A stretch of DNA of 64,000 nt from Hemiscyllium ocellatum (GCF_020745735.1 NC_083418.1:2604001-2668000), one strand, 5' to 3'; shown: positions 49,889-62,997, counted from the first letter of the stretch. Numbers and translations are program-made. Notes: generated by a model from the sequence alone, not told the origin.

Positions 49889-52800
49889 ATAATATTGCAA
49901 CTATATTGTTCAAGGAAAGTTGTAGTATGAAGACTAAAACTCAGAGGCCAGGCAAGTTAACAAGGTTATAGAAACTTTTATTCAGGATCGAATTGCTAGT
50001 CAGGTGGATTATGACAGCTTGAATTGGCACAATATATTTCCAAAATGTAATTCGTATATAACAAATTTGCTGAAGGCTATGCTAATGGTAACAGAAAGGT
50101 TTTATGAGGGTATCAGCATTGATGAGTTGTGTCATAGTTTCTGATGGCTTTCTATAGCTCTTTGTCACACATTTGAGTGAGAATCTACGGTGTATTGGAC
50201 GCTAAAAGATGAAACGAACACTGGGAGAAATCTTTTGAATGCTCTCACTTGTGCTGTTTCTTAATCAGAAGAAGCAATAATTTGATGGGATACTCCATTG
50301 CACTCTTGAGCTGTTCTCTAAAAGGGGACTGTGTTGATCTATATATAAACGTGTTTGTGCAGCTACTTAAGCTGCGCAGCATGAATCCTGCCCTTTGCAG
50401 TATAAATTCAGCATTTTTATAATTCCTTGCAGTTGTTCCTGCAATGCTGTAGTATAAGAAACTACTGTAGTATAACATGCACCATCCTGAAAAGAATGAT
50501 ACTGCAGATATGCTGAAGAGTAAAATCACAGACCTCCTCCTTATCGTTGGTGCTCTGACATCTCAGTCTCTCTCAGATGTGGCTACTCACTATTATGTGT
50601 TGAATGGCCAGAGTGTTCAGCAAGCAAATTTAAAGAAACGATACTGGTGGTGTTAAAACCACATCCAAATAATTAAATAACACCCAACCATGATCAGTAT
50701 AATAACTTGGCTTTACATAACAGAACTATGGCACATTGTCTATTTCCACTCCAGGTTCCTGGATAAAATAGTGAGGTATGTTCTTTTAAACACAGGACAA
50801 CACGGGTCGTTGCCAGAACCACAGCTGCTGGTCTCTCAGCACAATACCTTCCCCTTCGACGCTGACGACAAATAGTTAAAAACCTATCAAAGATAAAAGT
50901 AACGGGAAACCAGACTGAACATTCAGTTGTTGTACCACGCGGACCATGGATAACACTGCACACCAGTGTAATGAGAAAGAAAGATGATGGGAAATAGTAA
51001 TAAGTGATCCATCACAGTATGACTTCTGTGATAACAAATAGAAGATCTGGCATTGACAGAGCCATCAAATATCAGGCAGTACAAAGTGAAAGACCACATT
51101 TTCCATGGGACAAGATGCATATTGCCACTAAATTTACTGTTAGCGAAACAGAACAACAAAAGAAATGTGTGTTGAACCGATCACCGTGTCAATGATTCAA
51201 CACTCTGACGAGGCTTCGGTTGATCAGAACTTACACATTCAAAAAATCTGTGATGGAAGAGAGGAATCAGCAGGAATAAAAAATTAAGAAAGTAGAAATA
51301 AAACAATTTCAAGTAATGATTTTGGATGTGCACGGCTCACTTGGTGAAAACTGACTGATCTGTCAACGATGTCACAGTCTGTCAAGCAATGTTTAAATTT
51401 TTTTACCTGAAGATAGCTTTACCAAACTAGACAGAGATGGACAACTGATGTGAATTGAATAGTGAAATAACAATACCAAGGCAGTACCAAGTTCACATGA
51501 ATGCATGTGAAGTATAAAATGTCGATATTACATGACATTCCATGTGTATATTGGTGATGTCATTGTAAATCAAAGCCATATTCCAGACCCCCATGAAAAA
51601 CGTTCACAAACTTGCTTAGCTATAATTTCATCTACACTTCACTGAAAATATTTTAATAATCCACTTAAACCGTAATTTCAGAAAATCCAAATCCAAAGAT
51701 TCACGTATGTCGAAGGTCATATTATACAGTTAATATAACCCAACCATCACTAATCCATCCGCAATATCGATCATCAGACGGTTGCTTAAACTGACGGCTG
51801 CTTCAGCTGTCTAGGGGATATCAAGGAAAGTAGTAACTTGATGATTCATGCAGCCCTTGAGCTAAAAGACAAATTCTTATTTTTGACGGCATGTGATCGA
51901 ACATTAAACATAATTCACGGCATTTTTCTCCACGAGACAATGTCATTCCTTAGATACCTGTAAGCACTATTAGATGTAATCGTACACATCACAGATTTTT
52001 TACGTTGTGGAGGATGAACTTCTCTGCCAGTTAGAATTAATATCCCAGAAAAGCTTGCCTTGCCTCGTAATCTGCTAAAAGCATGAGTGAGTGAAATAAA
52101 ACGCTCGATTTTAATTGTTTGCAGAAAAAAATGTTTTTCTACCTCTAACAATGTGCAGTAAGCGAACACAATGAACAGGTCCAAGTCCATTATTGTTAAA
52201 TAATCACTGTCTGACTACAACTGCATTGAACTGCCACTGCAATGACACAAATATTAAAAATTACACCAATTTTACATCGCAAAGTTCGTGCAGCTTCTCA
52301 CACTGTTTTCCTTCCAGATTTCTGAATCTGTTGCTTCCATACAGCATTGTCTGCTGTCTTTTCTCTGTGTTGTAGTCTGACTTTTGGATTTACTGTTTTT
52401 CTTGCAAAAGGTACCTTTGATATATAGTGCCTTCTGAAAGCATTCTTTTTGACAGCTCCTTTCAAATGATTGCTCTAATGTTCAATGGCAATTTCTCTGA
52501 CCGATTGTCAAAATGACTTCACTTCGTCACTGCTGATTAAATCTGAAACTCTTAAGACTTGATTGGTTTGACCTGTCAACGTTATCAGATTCTCAATTCG
52601 ATTCGCTTTGAAAGGCTGAGAGTTTGGTTTCAATGAATTGGCCACATTTGAATTGTTGTCAAGACTTCTAACAAAATGCAGCCATTTTTTTGGAACAGCC
52701 TGACTCAGTTGTTCTGTATACGCAAGTATTTTATGTATCTTGAACTCAGAAAAAGCCTTTTTGGTCTTAAAGTGGCCATACACTCTTGGAACTACGTTAG

Positions 52801-54391
52801 AGAACGAAACACAGGGATCACTTCTCACACAATTTAGCAGAAGTTTGATTGTTTATGACTCAGTTACCGGTACGCCAATATGTTGTTGTAAATTTTCAAG
52901 AGACTGTTGATTGCATAATGCATTTCCATCTCACGGCCCTCCTTTTCTGATGGAGAGAGACTCGCTAAGCAAAAGACCAGGACAGGAGACTTTCTGAGCA
53001 TTCAAGATATATGCTGTTGAAGCTCGACAACATGTTTCAGTAGGTGGCAACATCAATGTTTAAAAAGCGTAATAATGTCATGAAGTCAATCCCCTGTACT
53101 AAAGTAATATATTTAGTAATTAGATTCACCTGCAGAATTCTGATTACATCAGTTAAATGTTGTGTTTACATTTAATTGCAATTTGCTAACCAAGGTATAG
53201 TTCATTCAAAAACAATACATGAACGCATATGTCTCATGCTGCATCGGAGATATCCTCGTGAGAGTTTGATCATTCAGTAATTGCTTTAAAAATGGTGCAC
53301 TTTCTAGTTCATTTTTTTTATCCGTCTTAGCCCGTGATATTTTTAAATTCACAAATAATGAATATTATTTGAATATCCACAGAATGCTTGATATTCCACT
53401 AAAAATTTTCGCTCTTGAATTTAAAGAGCTACTATTCATGAAAATGTGAATTATACCGTTTTGTTCAGAAGAAGAAAGAAAGTGGGGCAAGTTTATAAGG
53501 GCTACGAGTGTGGACAAATGGGTCAAATGATTTAATCCATCGTTAAAGATTTTTTCCTACAAAAACACCGGGAAAGATACTCTTCTGGAAGGGTTTCTTG
53601 GGATTGAATTTGAGTAAATGTTCTTCAGGATGATAATAAGTAAAGGTAAAATAAAGATGGAAAGTGCGAACGATGAAGTGCATGAAAACCACTTCCTTTT
53701 ACATCAGTACTGGCATTCTGCTGCTTGACTGTATAGCGATATTCATGTGAAAATTAGTACCTGAGTACATTGCTCATTTAGAAACAGAGATGGTGAAGGT
53801 TCATTCAAATTATACCCACTAACAATGACAAAATAGAGGAAACGAATGTTGAACCCTGTGAATGATTATGGACAGACGCCAAGTACAAATGAAATATATC
53901 TATTCCTTCATGATACCAGTAATTGCCTTCAGTATCTGATTTGATGGTTCCGTTCATTGCATTTATTGACCTTCGCGAATGGACGTAACCTTGAATCATT
54001 CTGTTTACACCGTCATTCATACTAAAAAAATCTCAACGGATCTGCTTACCAGACTCCTGTTTCCTTGTTTACCATTTTCCAGTTGTTCGCGGCAAGCGCA
54101 CGAGCAGGCTCCCGCAGCTGAAATGACAGCTCTGAAACAGTTTGGAAAAGCAAATGGAGATCTCGCACCCCCATCCCTGAGTCCCACACTGACCAAACCT
54201 TTTTGCATTCCACACTGTGCCAACTGCACTTTGAGTCGGTTGCAACATTTTGGTTGTGCTGTGTTTGTGCTGTGTCTGATTTATATCACTTTGTTCTGTT
54301 GACCTATTGCTTCGGATTTGGGTTTCGCTCACTCATTCATCAGTCAAGAACTTCCTCGTTTGTCCTGAGAAAGACGTTACATTTACAATAA

Positions 54392-54561
54392 NNNNNNNNN
54401 NNNNNNNNNNNNNNNNNNNNNNNNNNNNNNNNNNNNNNNNNNNNNNNNNNNNNNNNNNNNNNNNNNNNNNNNNNNNNNNNNNNNNNNNNNNNNNNNNNNN
54501 NNNNNNNNNNNNNNNNNNNNNNNNNNNNNNNNNNNNNNNNNNNNNNNNNNNNNNNNNNNNN
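54392..54561. other. Assembly gap (170 N)
   Basis: N run. Confidence 1.
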
Positions 54562-56140
54562 AGCAGCAACATCTTACATTTTATATGCTTTTGGTGTCAT
54601 TCTTTATTTTCTTTATGTCCCGCTGCCATCTCCAAAACATTACATTTTGTTTTCTTTGAGAATCAACAGTTGTGTTCCATTCCTCGACCAATTCTTAAAA
54701 TACCCTTTTGGAGGAAATCACTGAGGCAGGGAACATTTCAGTTTTTCAGGGAGAGTTGGTGAAATATTGGACGTCAAGGAGCTGTTTTCTCGGACCATAG
54801 TTTCTGATAGAAGGATGACTTTATTGTATGGATTTTAGGAATATATAACTGAAATATGCCTCACTCCCATCAACATGGTCTTCATTCTGACATGTATTTC
54901 TTTTCTTCATTCTCACGTCCTGTATCATTTTTTACTGGATGTTTTACACAAACCCCAGTATCCCATGTTGGAATCAAGAATCATACTTGCTCCATCTCAG
55001 GATAATCCATTGATTGTGGTATCAGTTTGCTATAGCCCTGTTTGAATTTAAATAAAGCAACAGTGGAAGCTGGGACAGAATTCCAAGGGTTACTCATCTA
55101 CCGGATACTCTCTGGCCTGGGCGTGACAGAACGTGACAGTAGAAAATTGGAACTAGTTACTCATTGACTGTGCTTCCCAGCCATGACTCACGTAATCTCA
55201 AACTGAACACAACCAATCTGACCTCAGGTGCTCACGCGAAAAAAAATCAATCTTATTTGAAGAATAAAGAAAACCCAATTGTACCATTTGGACTCTTCAT
55301 TACGCAATCCCTGTTCAGTTGTGGGTTTTTTTGGAGCAAAAATGTCGTGCTGGTCAAGATGATCAGAGGAATGTTCCCAGTGGTCCTTGCTCCAAACTGT
55401 TGGGCTGATTTGTTTAGCTTGGAATCTTGTTGTGCTCAATATGTGCTTTGTTGAAAAAGGGGAATTACCTTTGATCCCTGTATTGTCCCCCGTTTGCTCC
55501 AGGACATGAGGGAGGAGCCTTTCAGCTGTCACTTCAATCTTCATATTACCCTTCAAGTCTGCCTAATTCCAAAGGACCAAAGACACACCGACTGAATCCT
55601 CTTCAACTTTATTCCGTTTTCAAATTGAACGTTGACGGAGAAATGGCTGAAATTAACAAATCCGATAGAGGAATTTCCAAAAATCCACAGATATAATGGA
55701 GGTTGAGGAAAACATCAGTGGAGATTTTCTTAATCACATGAGAATCATATCCTTTTAAACAGTGACAAAATGTTAAATTGGAACTGGTGGGTGACCAGGA
55801 AAGAGATCTGGTTTGCTAACTTTGAGACGACAGAGGTACATATCGTTTCTGTACACTAATAGTCTTCAGCATTTCGAAAACTTTAAATTGCATTACAAGA
55901 CGACTCAGTCCCCAGCTAAAAATCCTCGGACAGGAACGGTATATAAATGTAAAATATAGAATAAATCTACTTCTACACTGTCCAAATACCCTTTCTCAAC
56001 CCTTGAATTGCAGAAATGTTTCTGGGTAAGTCCAGAGATGGAAGAGAGTTAAAATTCACTACTGACATTGACCTTGCTCCTGCAAACTCAGCCCTATTGT
56101 ATTTGAAGTTGTGTCTCTTGTGTGGACTGTCTGAATCACT

Positions 56141-56460
56141 CTACAAACATTCTGATCTCCTGATTTTCTTGCAGAGGGAAGAGGAGAAGTTCGCGTGGGC
56201 GACGTCACTGGAGAAGCGAGCATTGGGCTCCCAGTTGAAATCAGAAAATGTCAGCAGGCTTCTGGTTCTGTCCAAAACTTGCATGTAGTTGGTCGCCTGA
56301 ACCCCGTTCAAAACGATTGCACCATCCTTCCTCCACTGCACCTCCAACTTAGCGGGATAGAATTGATTGACAAAGCACATTACAGTGGCAGTGCCCTTGG
56401 CCTTGACCTGTTCTGGAGAGAGTGCTGGCAGGGTCAGCTTTGACTGAGATCTCTGACTGC
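56141..56460 (-). pseudogene. IGKC: Ig kappa constant-region exon (C1-set), open frame but lacking the second canonical Cys
   Basis: Polypyrimidine-CAG acceptor at 56462-56461, phase 1. Encodes 105 aa: SQRSQSKLTLPALSPEQVKAKGTATVMCFVNQFYPAKLEVQWRKDG...WEPNARFSSDVAHANFSSSLCKKIRRSECL*. KAKGTAT, FYP, WESNARF-like and terminal RSEC motifs match shark kappa C. Confidence 0.92.
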
Positions 56461-58349
56461 CTGGAAGACAAGAGAAGGATTACTTGTCCCTGTGATTCAA
56501 AGGGACTTTTAATAATCTGAACGGTAAATGGCAAGACTGTTGCTTTGAAAATTTGTATCAAATATCTAAAAAACCTGACCAAAGAATAGACATTCACAAA
56601 TTTTTTGTATCATTGAACACCCAGAAGTCCTCCAACCAGCGTACATTGTGTAGCTTCTCCAACCTCAATGTTTCCTTGACGAGTTGTTCAACATTAAGGA
56701 GAGGCTAATTTGTCACCTAATGTAGGACGGCACTTGATAATCAGCAGGAGGTTTCTTTCAATCAGAGGATCATGCAATACATGCGACCAAGTCTGTACCA
56801 TCATCAGGGTACTGAATTAACTGTCCATCCACTTTCCTGAACTAGGCCCGTAATATTTAATGCAATGGTATTTCGGATACTCATCAATGCACTTTCTATG
56901 TATTGTGAGGTTTCCCAGCTCAACTACCGCCAAGGCAGTGAAATCCAGATCCACAAACGTTGGGTGAGAAAATGTGTTCCTCCACTCCTCTCTAAATCTC
57001 CTGTCATTTACATTGAATACATGTAAACTTGTTATTGACGTTACATTGCAGGAAAACAACAGCTTCCTATTGACCTTATCCATGCCCTTCATGAAATCTC
57101 CCACTTCTGTTGGAGAAGAGGCGAACTTCCTATAGAGAAATCATTTGTCAGAGCCTCACAAACCCATTTCTGTTGCAAAGAAAACAATCTGAGCTTTTCA
57201 GCAGGTTTGGCATGTACTTCCCAGGCAACGTCCTGGAGAAACTCCTCTGCACCCCATCCTGTGAGATAAGATCCTGCCTGTTGTGCGGTTAAAGGTACTC
57301 CAGGCAGTACTCCAACCATGTCCGAAACAAAGATCTTTTCAGCTTCCGTATTACCTACCTGCTCCTCTGGTCAATACCTGAACTTATGAAGGCTATACCG
57401 TCACCAATTCTTCCGGGCTGGTGGGACATGCTATGTCCAAGAATCGTGATGGTGGTGTATGGGGCATTGTCTTGAAAGTATGATTCTGTCATTATGTTTG
57501 CCTCAGGTGATTACTTGATTAACCTGTGAGACAGCGTTCCAAAATTCCCACTTGCTGTCAAAATTTAGTAAGGAGACAGAAACAGTGCAGACAGCGTTGT
57601 GTTTGATGTTGTTTCTGCTGCCGGGAGCGATGCCAATTAGTCTGTCCGGTTTCATTCTATTTTTGAGTCTGTCCACAGATGATTACAATGGAATGCTTGT
57701 TCAGCCATTTCAGAGTGTGGCTAAGAGTTTAACTCATTGCTGATCATCTGGAATAACATGCAGATTAGACCAGGTAAGGATGGCAGATTTACTTCCGTGA
57801 AGGACACCAGTCTTTTATCTTGATATGGCTTTAACATACCTCCGATTATGTCAGATTTGGAGAACGTTTTCTGAAAACCCATTGGTGCATATTTGCATCA
57901 GCACACTTCTGGAATGTGTTATGCTGTTGAAGATTAACGATTTTATATCAAAAATTGATACTCAGCACTGGGTTGAGGTCAATGGTTAGATTGCAAAGGT
58001 CTCAATATCTCAGGGTCCTATGTGACCCCATGACTCTTGGCAGGTCTGAGTGTGCAGACAATGGAAGAGTACCTGTATCATGGACAGAAAGCACAAAAAA
58101 AGGCTTTCAACTGTGTTGCACCGGCTTCCAGTTTAGGACTACTTAGGCACCTCACTTTTCATTATGCACAGTGAAATACCAAGGATCAGTGTGACAATGA
58201 GCAGTGTATCAGTGTATTAGAGAGATTGCTGGGGAGATTAGTATTGAACAGGACACTGGTGGAATCCCCTGCTTTTCAACTAGTAGTGTCATTATATATT
58301 CTCCGTCTTTCCAAGAGGACAGATATCAGATTGTCCCATCTGAAGGATG

Positions 58350-58530
58350 GTCTGTCGGTTCTGATTCTCTGACAGTGCGACACTCCCCCAGTACTGACCT
58401 CCTGACAGTGCCGCATTCCCTAAATACTGACCCATTGATAGTGCTGCACTCCGTCAGTAATGGACTTCGGATAGCACCACTCTCTCTCAGTGCTGCGCTG
58501 TACTCTCAGCCTGGGAAATGTGCTCGAGTG
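58350..58530. repeat. Short tandem ~33-bp ctgacagtgc..cactccc.cagtactgacc repeat, SINE-associated
   Basis: Three to four visible units. Confidence 0.5.
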
Positions 58531-59499
58531 ACAGAGCAATGGAATTAGAGAATATGTATCATGTTGAAGCAGTTCATTTAGCTCAATCATTTCGCACAAA
58601 ACCTCGAAGGAGCATCCAACCGAAATACAAACCCACACAAGTCCCCTGTCACCCTACTTTTCCCCATGGCGAACCCACTTCATCTGCAACGTTGAGCATT
58701 TGAGGCTACAGTATCCACAGTCAGGCCAAGCTGAGAACTCTGGATCCAACAGCCTGACATGCTCCCTCTGCCAGCTCACACTTGGAAGAATGAGTACACT
58801 TGAGGAGGCTGGAATTGTTCTCATACAGAAATAGTGCCGTCATGATAGAAGCAGACAACAGATAACTTGGTTGGTTGCTACGATGCAATGGCAAGAGAAA
58901 ATTTAAACAGGTGATCTTAAGCAGAGTCCTTTGCCTGGAAGGACTTTATAAGTAGATGGAGAAATTGGAGGTGCAAACGAGTAACGCCTAAGTTGAATGG
59001 TGAAACTATTGCTGCCTCTTAAATCCCGATTAGGGAAACATGGACACATCAGACGAACACGAGGAAGATTTCTGTGGACGTTGTATTGGAAAAATGGCTG
59101 ATCAACAAATAGATTGTGGGAGCCCAAAGTTCCTCTAAAGAAAAGACATAGGTGTATTTTTACCGAATATTTCTCACCACAGCCTCTCCCAAAGACACTT
59201 AAAAACAGTGAGGGACTTGCCTGAAAAACAAGACACTGTTCCGATGTAGGAACGTGGAAGCCAATTTGTAAACAGCAAGATCTGATAACTATCATTGAGA
59301 TCAAGCAGCATTTTAGAGATGTTGGTGAAGGGATAAATATCGGCGCGAACCCGACCAACAGAAAATAATTCAGAATATCCTAGGAGACGCTGAAACACTG
59401 AAAGCATTGGAGAGAAATTTCTGCTGCAGCTGTTTCTCATCAGAACTCTGCTATGAAATACAAAGGCGGGGAGATAGTGCACATCCTATTCCATGTGAT

Positions 59500-61860
59500 A
59501 AATCCTAGCTGTTCGAAGATAATGAGTACAAGAAGAGAAAACCATGAGCAGCTGGTGTCAATACGGAGCGTCCGTGAGGTGGGGAGTCGTTTTCTAGACG
59601 TGGCCACTCTTCAGCTTCGAAGTATGCAGGGCGCGACGAAATAGGGGAGAAGCGGACAATTAAAAATACTCGGCAGCAAAGACAGGAGACCCCGAGTGCA
59701 TTTTGGAATCCTGATGAGAATGTTAGTTTATTTGGATATTGCAGCAAGAGCCATGTGGCATCAGGTGTGGCTCAGGGGTACGGGGAGGGTTGGCGGAGAT
59801 ATAAGAAAGACGGCACGAGCGACAGTGAGGACATTTGAGAGCGAGAGCAATGCATATGTGCTTCTGCAGTGTCAGAAATGAAACAAGGAAGGTATGTTTT
59901 CTCCATGGTAGCAATGTCAAGCTCGTCATTGAGCGTCTTCAAAGGAATTTCATGGGAGAACGGTAACATCAAAACAGCCAGCACTTCTGGTCCATGTTGG
60001 TCCCAGTGAAAGAGGGTGAAAAAGGATGTGTTCTTGCACTTTGAATTTAGGGAGTTGGGAGAGTATTAACAGCAAGAACTCAACAGCTGCAATTTCGGGA
60101 TAACCCTCAGTGCGAGGGAGAATTTGTTATCGGAGGATAAGAAAGGTGAATGTGGCGCTGGAAAGAATATTAAGGAGGAAGGGCTTTAGAATCTTTAATC
60201 ACTGGCAGTGACTCGGGTGCAGATGGAACCGGGATAGACCACGCTGTTGCTCGTGAATAGAGCTAGGACTGATGTTCACGTGGGTTGTGTTGCTAGTGTT
60301 GTTGGAGACGGTTTAAGCGAAATTGGCTGGGATATAGGAACCAGAAGATTATATCAGACAGCTACAGCAAAGTCTGTAAAAAATGGATAGATAGGAGAAC
60401 TAGGAATAGTAAACATTTAGCAGTTTCAGAGAGATAGAGAGTGAAATAATGTCTAAATCAGTTAGACTTTTCATGCATGGGACTGCACGGGATGTCGGGA
60501 ATAACATTGGGAAGTAGAAGACACAGATTACGCAGTGAAAATCCGGTATTCTCACTCTAAGAGAGATGGACACACAAAGATGGCGAGTACTGAATGTTAA
60601 ATGTTCATGTATAGAATGTTTTGATTTTAGGAACGATGGGTAAAGGAAAAATGGTGAGGGTAGTAGCTATTGTTCAGGACGTCTGGAAGGGAGAAAGAGA
60701 ATATCCGACAGGGTCAACGAAAGTATTGATTTGATTCCAAATAAGAAGCAAAGCTAGTTTATAAAGATTGTTCAGTGTAGTCCACAGGTCACCAACTATT
60801 TGGAAGGATGGAGAGCAAAAAAAATCCACAAAAAAATTACTTAGAGGTGCAGCATGGTAAAGTCGTTATTATTTGGAACATTATTTATCCGAATATGGAT
60901 TGGTCAGAATGTAACAGTATGTGCAGACGGATTTTCACCCACCGTCTATTGATAAATGACACTGTCCTGGAATTGAATCTTGGGAACGAGGAGGATCAAT
61001 GACATCATGTTTAGTGAGAGACATTGAGGGAAGTGGTGATCATTGCATGAGAAGTTTTTAGGTGACAGTGAAAAAAGGCAGAGTACAGACATTTCCATAG
61101 AACACACTCTAAGGATCACCTCCAATCATGTCGCAATTTTAAATTATCACATTTTTATTGAAAACAGAACGTCGATCTTTTCTAAACGAATAGGTTGCCT
61201 CAGGGTAGCCTGTTGAAATGATATGGAGACAAAGGGATTTCGGAAAATAAAGAATGATGTGTCGATATGCGTCCACTCTACGGAAAAGGAGGTAACATGA
61301 TGTGGTCTGCTCGACCTGGTCTTGGTAGTGAGCAGAGCCAAGTTGTTCAAGTGTCACTGAACGGGCATTTAGGGAAGAGCGAACATTGCATCAAAATATT
61401 TTGGATTACGTTGGAAAAGGATGAAAGAAAATCCAGATTAAAGTCAAGGTCATGGGTCACCTCGAAATATATAACACTTCTAAACTTTTACGTCGTTTTT
61501 TAAGACAGCTGCGTCAGTGGAAATCAAAATAATAAGGGTCTGAACAGAGTAAACATGACAGAAAAATCCCAGCCATTAACCATGTGAGACCGAGGTCAGA
61601 AACTGCAAGTTATCCATCAAAGAATCAAAATTGAGGGGCGAGCATAAACATTCTTAGCCAACGAATGATTTCGATGTGGAATGCAAACGCTGAGAGTGTG
61701 TTGGAGACAGTTTCAATTGAAACATTGAGAAGGTATTAAGATTTTTGTTCGAAATGGAACAATGCACAGGTAAACAGGAAGAAGGAAGAAGAATGGTAAT
61801 AAGAAAATTGTTGATTCAGAGAGAAATCGTTCTGGCACGATGGACAGAATGGCCTCCGTG
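59500..61860 (+). mobile_element. Degenerate CR1 (5' end/ORF1, endonuclease and 3' remnants) in the Ig J-C intron, antisense to the Ig gene
   Basis: CpG-richer 5' segment, ORF1-esterase-like and endonuclease-like DNA similar to 30001-31300, and a CR1 3' remnant at about 61500-61860. Confidence 0.55.
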
Positions 61861-62360
61861 TACACTGTAAAAGTTCTGTGATTGTGTAATTGAGCAGAGT
61901 TAATCGTGGGGATTGTGGGAGCTCCGCGACTCAATTCGTGTCTTGGCTGTTGCTGATTGCTGTTGCAACTGATGCTGTATTTTCTGTTTTAGTCACTGGA
62001 ATCACAGATGGGTTTGTAAAGAGACCTCCCAGCGAAATCTGCCCATATCCGTCACACCGAGACAGACAGGCTGCGCAGTGATTTCACTCCATGCTGCTGG
62101 AATGGGACCAGAGGCTGCAACCACAAGAGCTCCCTCAAATTGTGAGTACGATTTACTGACTTATATCTTGTTGCTTAAAGATTACATGGAACGAAAGAGA
62201 TAGAGCAAGACAATCGTTTCGATACAATGCTCCTCCATCACTAATTTTATTCACTGCAGCTCCCACCTAATACCTTCATCAATTTAGTATTAATATTGTT
62301 TTGAAGTTGTGTTTCAGTATAGAAAAGGTTTTTAATAAGAGAGGATTGAAGTTGACTTAT

Positions 62361-62694
62361 TCCTTCTGTGCTTGGTTCCTTTACTGAACGAAATCGTTTG
62401 AGGCAGGCTGGAATCTTTTACACAATAATGCTCAGCGACATCCTCATGCCGAACGTTACTGATGTCAGTTTGAAATTAATGCTCAATTGACTGCTAGTGA
62501 TTCCCTCAGAGACTCTTTGTCTCGATAATTTGCATCGCTGATCAGGAGAGAGTTTTTCGATCCTTCTCGCTGCTTGTACCAATTGACGTCGTCGTTGACG
62601 TCTTTATCGGCCATACAATTGATGTTTGTGATCTGGCCCAAGCACAAGGACAGCAACGGGGGAAGCTGTCTCATGCTGATGTCCCCACTGACAC
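62361..62694 (-). pseudogene. IGKV: Fused V-J exon of an Ig kappa (shark type III/NS4-like) gene, pseudogenised
   Basis: After correcting two 1-nt deletions it reads GVSG-DISMRQLPPLLSLCLGQITNINC-MADKDVNDDVN-WYKQREGSKNSLLI-SDANYRD/RVSEGITSSQLSINFKLT/SNVRHEDVAEHYC-VKDSSLPQTIS-FSKGTKHRR. Cys23, Trp41, Cys104 (62424-62422), the EDVAxxYC motif and J FxKGTK (Phe 62388-62386) are present. Acceptor is TG (62696-62695) and J donor is ATAAGT (62360-62355). Confidence 0.9.
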
Positions 62695-62879
62695 CAGACG
62701 TGTGCGAGAGAAACACAGATAAGTCAGAACTGCCACAGAAAGACTCTGTGAATTGAGAGACTATTGGAGTCACAGAGCGATCCTCTGGATTCAGCATTTT
62801 CCATTCAAAGACAAGTTAGTGGGATTGGAGTGAAATGGAGAGCAGCTAAAATTGTAGGTAGATGGAGAGTGATCTGTAC

Positions 62880-62928
62880 CTTTGATGGAGAATGCCAATG
62901 TCCAGAGCAGCTGGGTGTTTGAAATCAT
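62880..62928 (-). pseudogene. IGKV: Ig kappa light-chain leader exon (L1), MISNTQLLWTLAFSIK-G
   Basis: ATG at 62928-62926, 49-nt exon, canonical phase-1 GT donor at 62879-62878. The hydrophobic peptide resembles the shark NS4 kappa leader (MISHTQLIW..., from memory). Confidence 0.85.
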
Positions 62929-62997
62929 GGTGTGCGATTCTGCTCCTGTGCTTGGTTCCTTAAAGACTGTAACCTCACTGTGTTCTGTTCTATGAAC

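Noticed and set aside
51013-51040. RSS-like CACAGTA followed by an A-rich stretch
   Set aside because: The heptamer is imperfect, the nonamer is poor at 12 or 23 spacing, and no V/D/J coding sequence is adjacent. Other CACAGTG/CACTGTG hits (5739, ~10363, ~12151, ~62977) also lack nonamers.
52508-52828. 106-aa minus-strand ORF in apparently unique sequence
   Set aside because: No recognisable motif or splice context. It may be an ancient transposon relic but cannot be supported without a search.
56141-62928. Joined VJ as a processed (retro) pseudogene or a somatic B-cell rearrangement
   Set aside because: Both introns are retained, which excludes a cDNA origin. Dead splice sites, frameshifts and a decayed C exon argue against a selected somatic clone, though only germline DNA can settle this.
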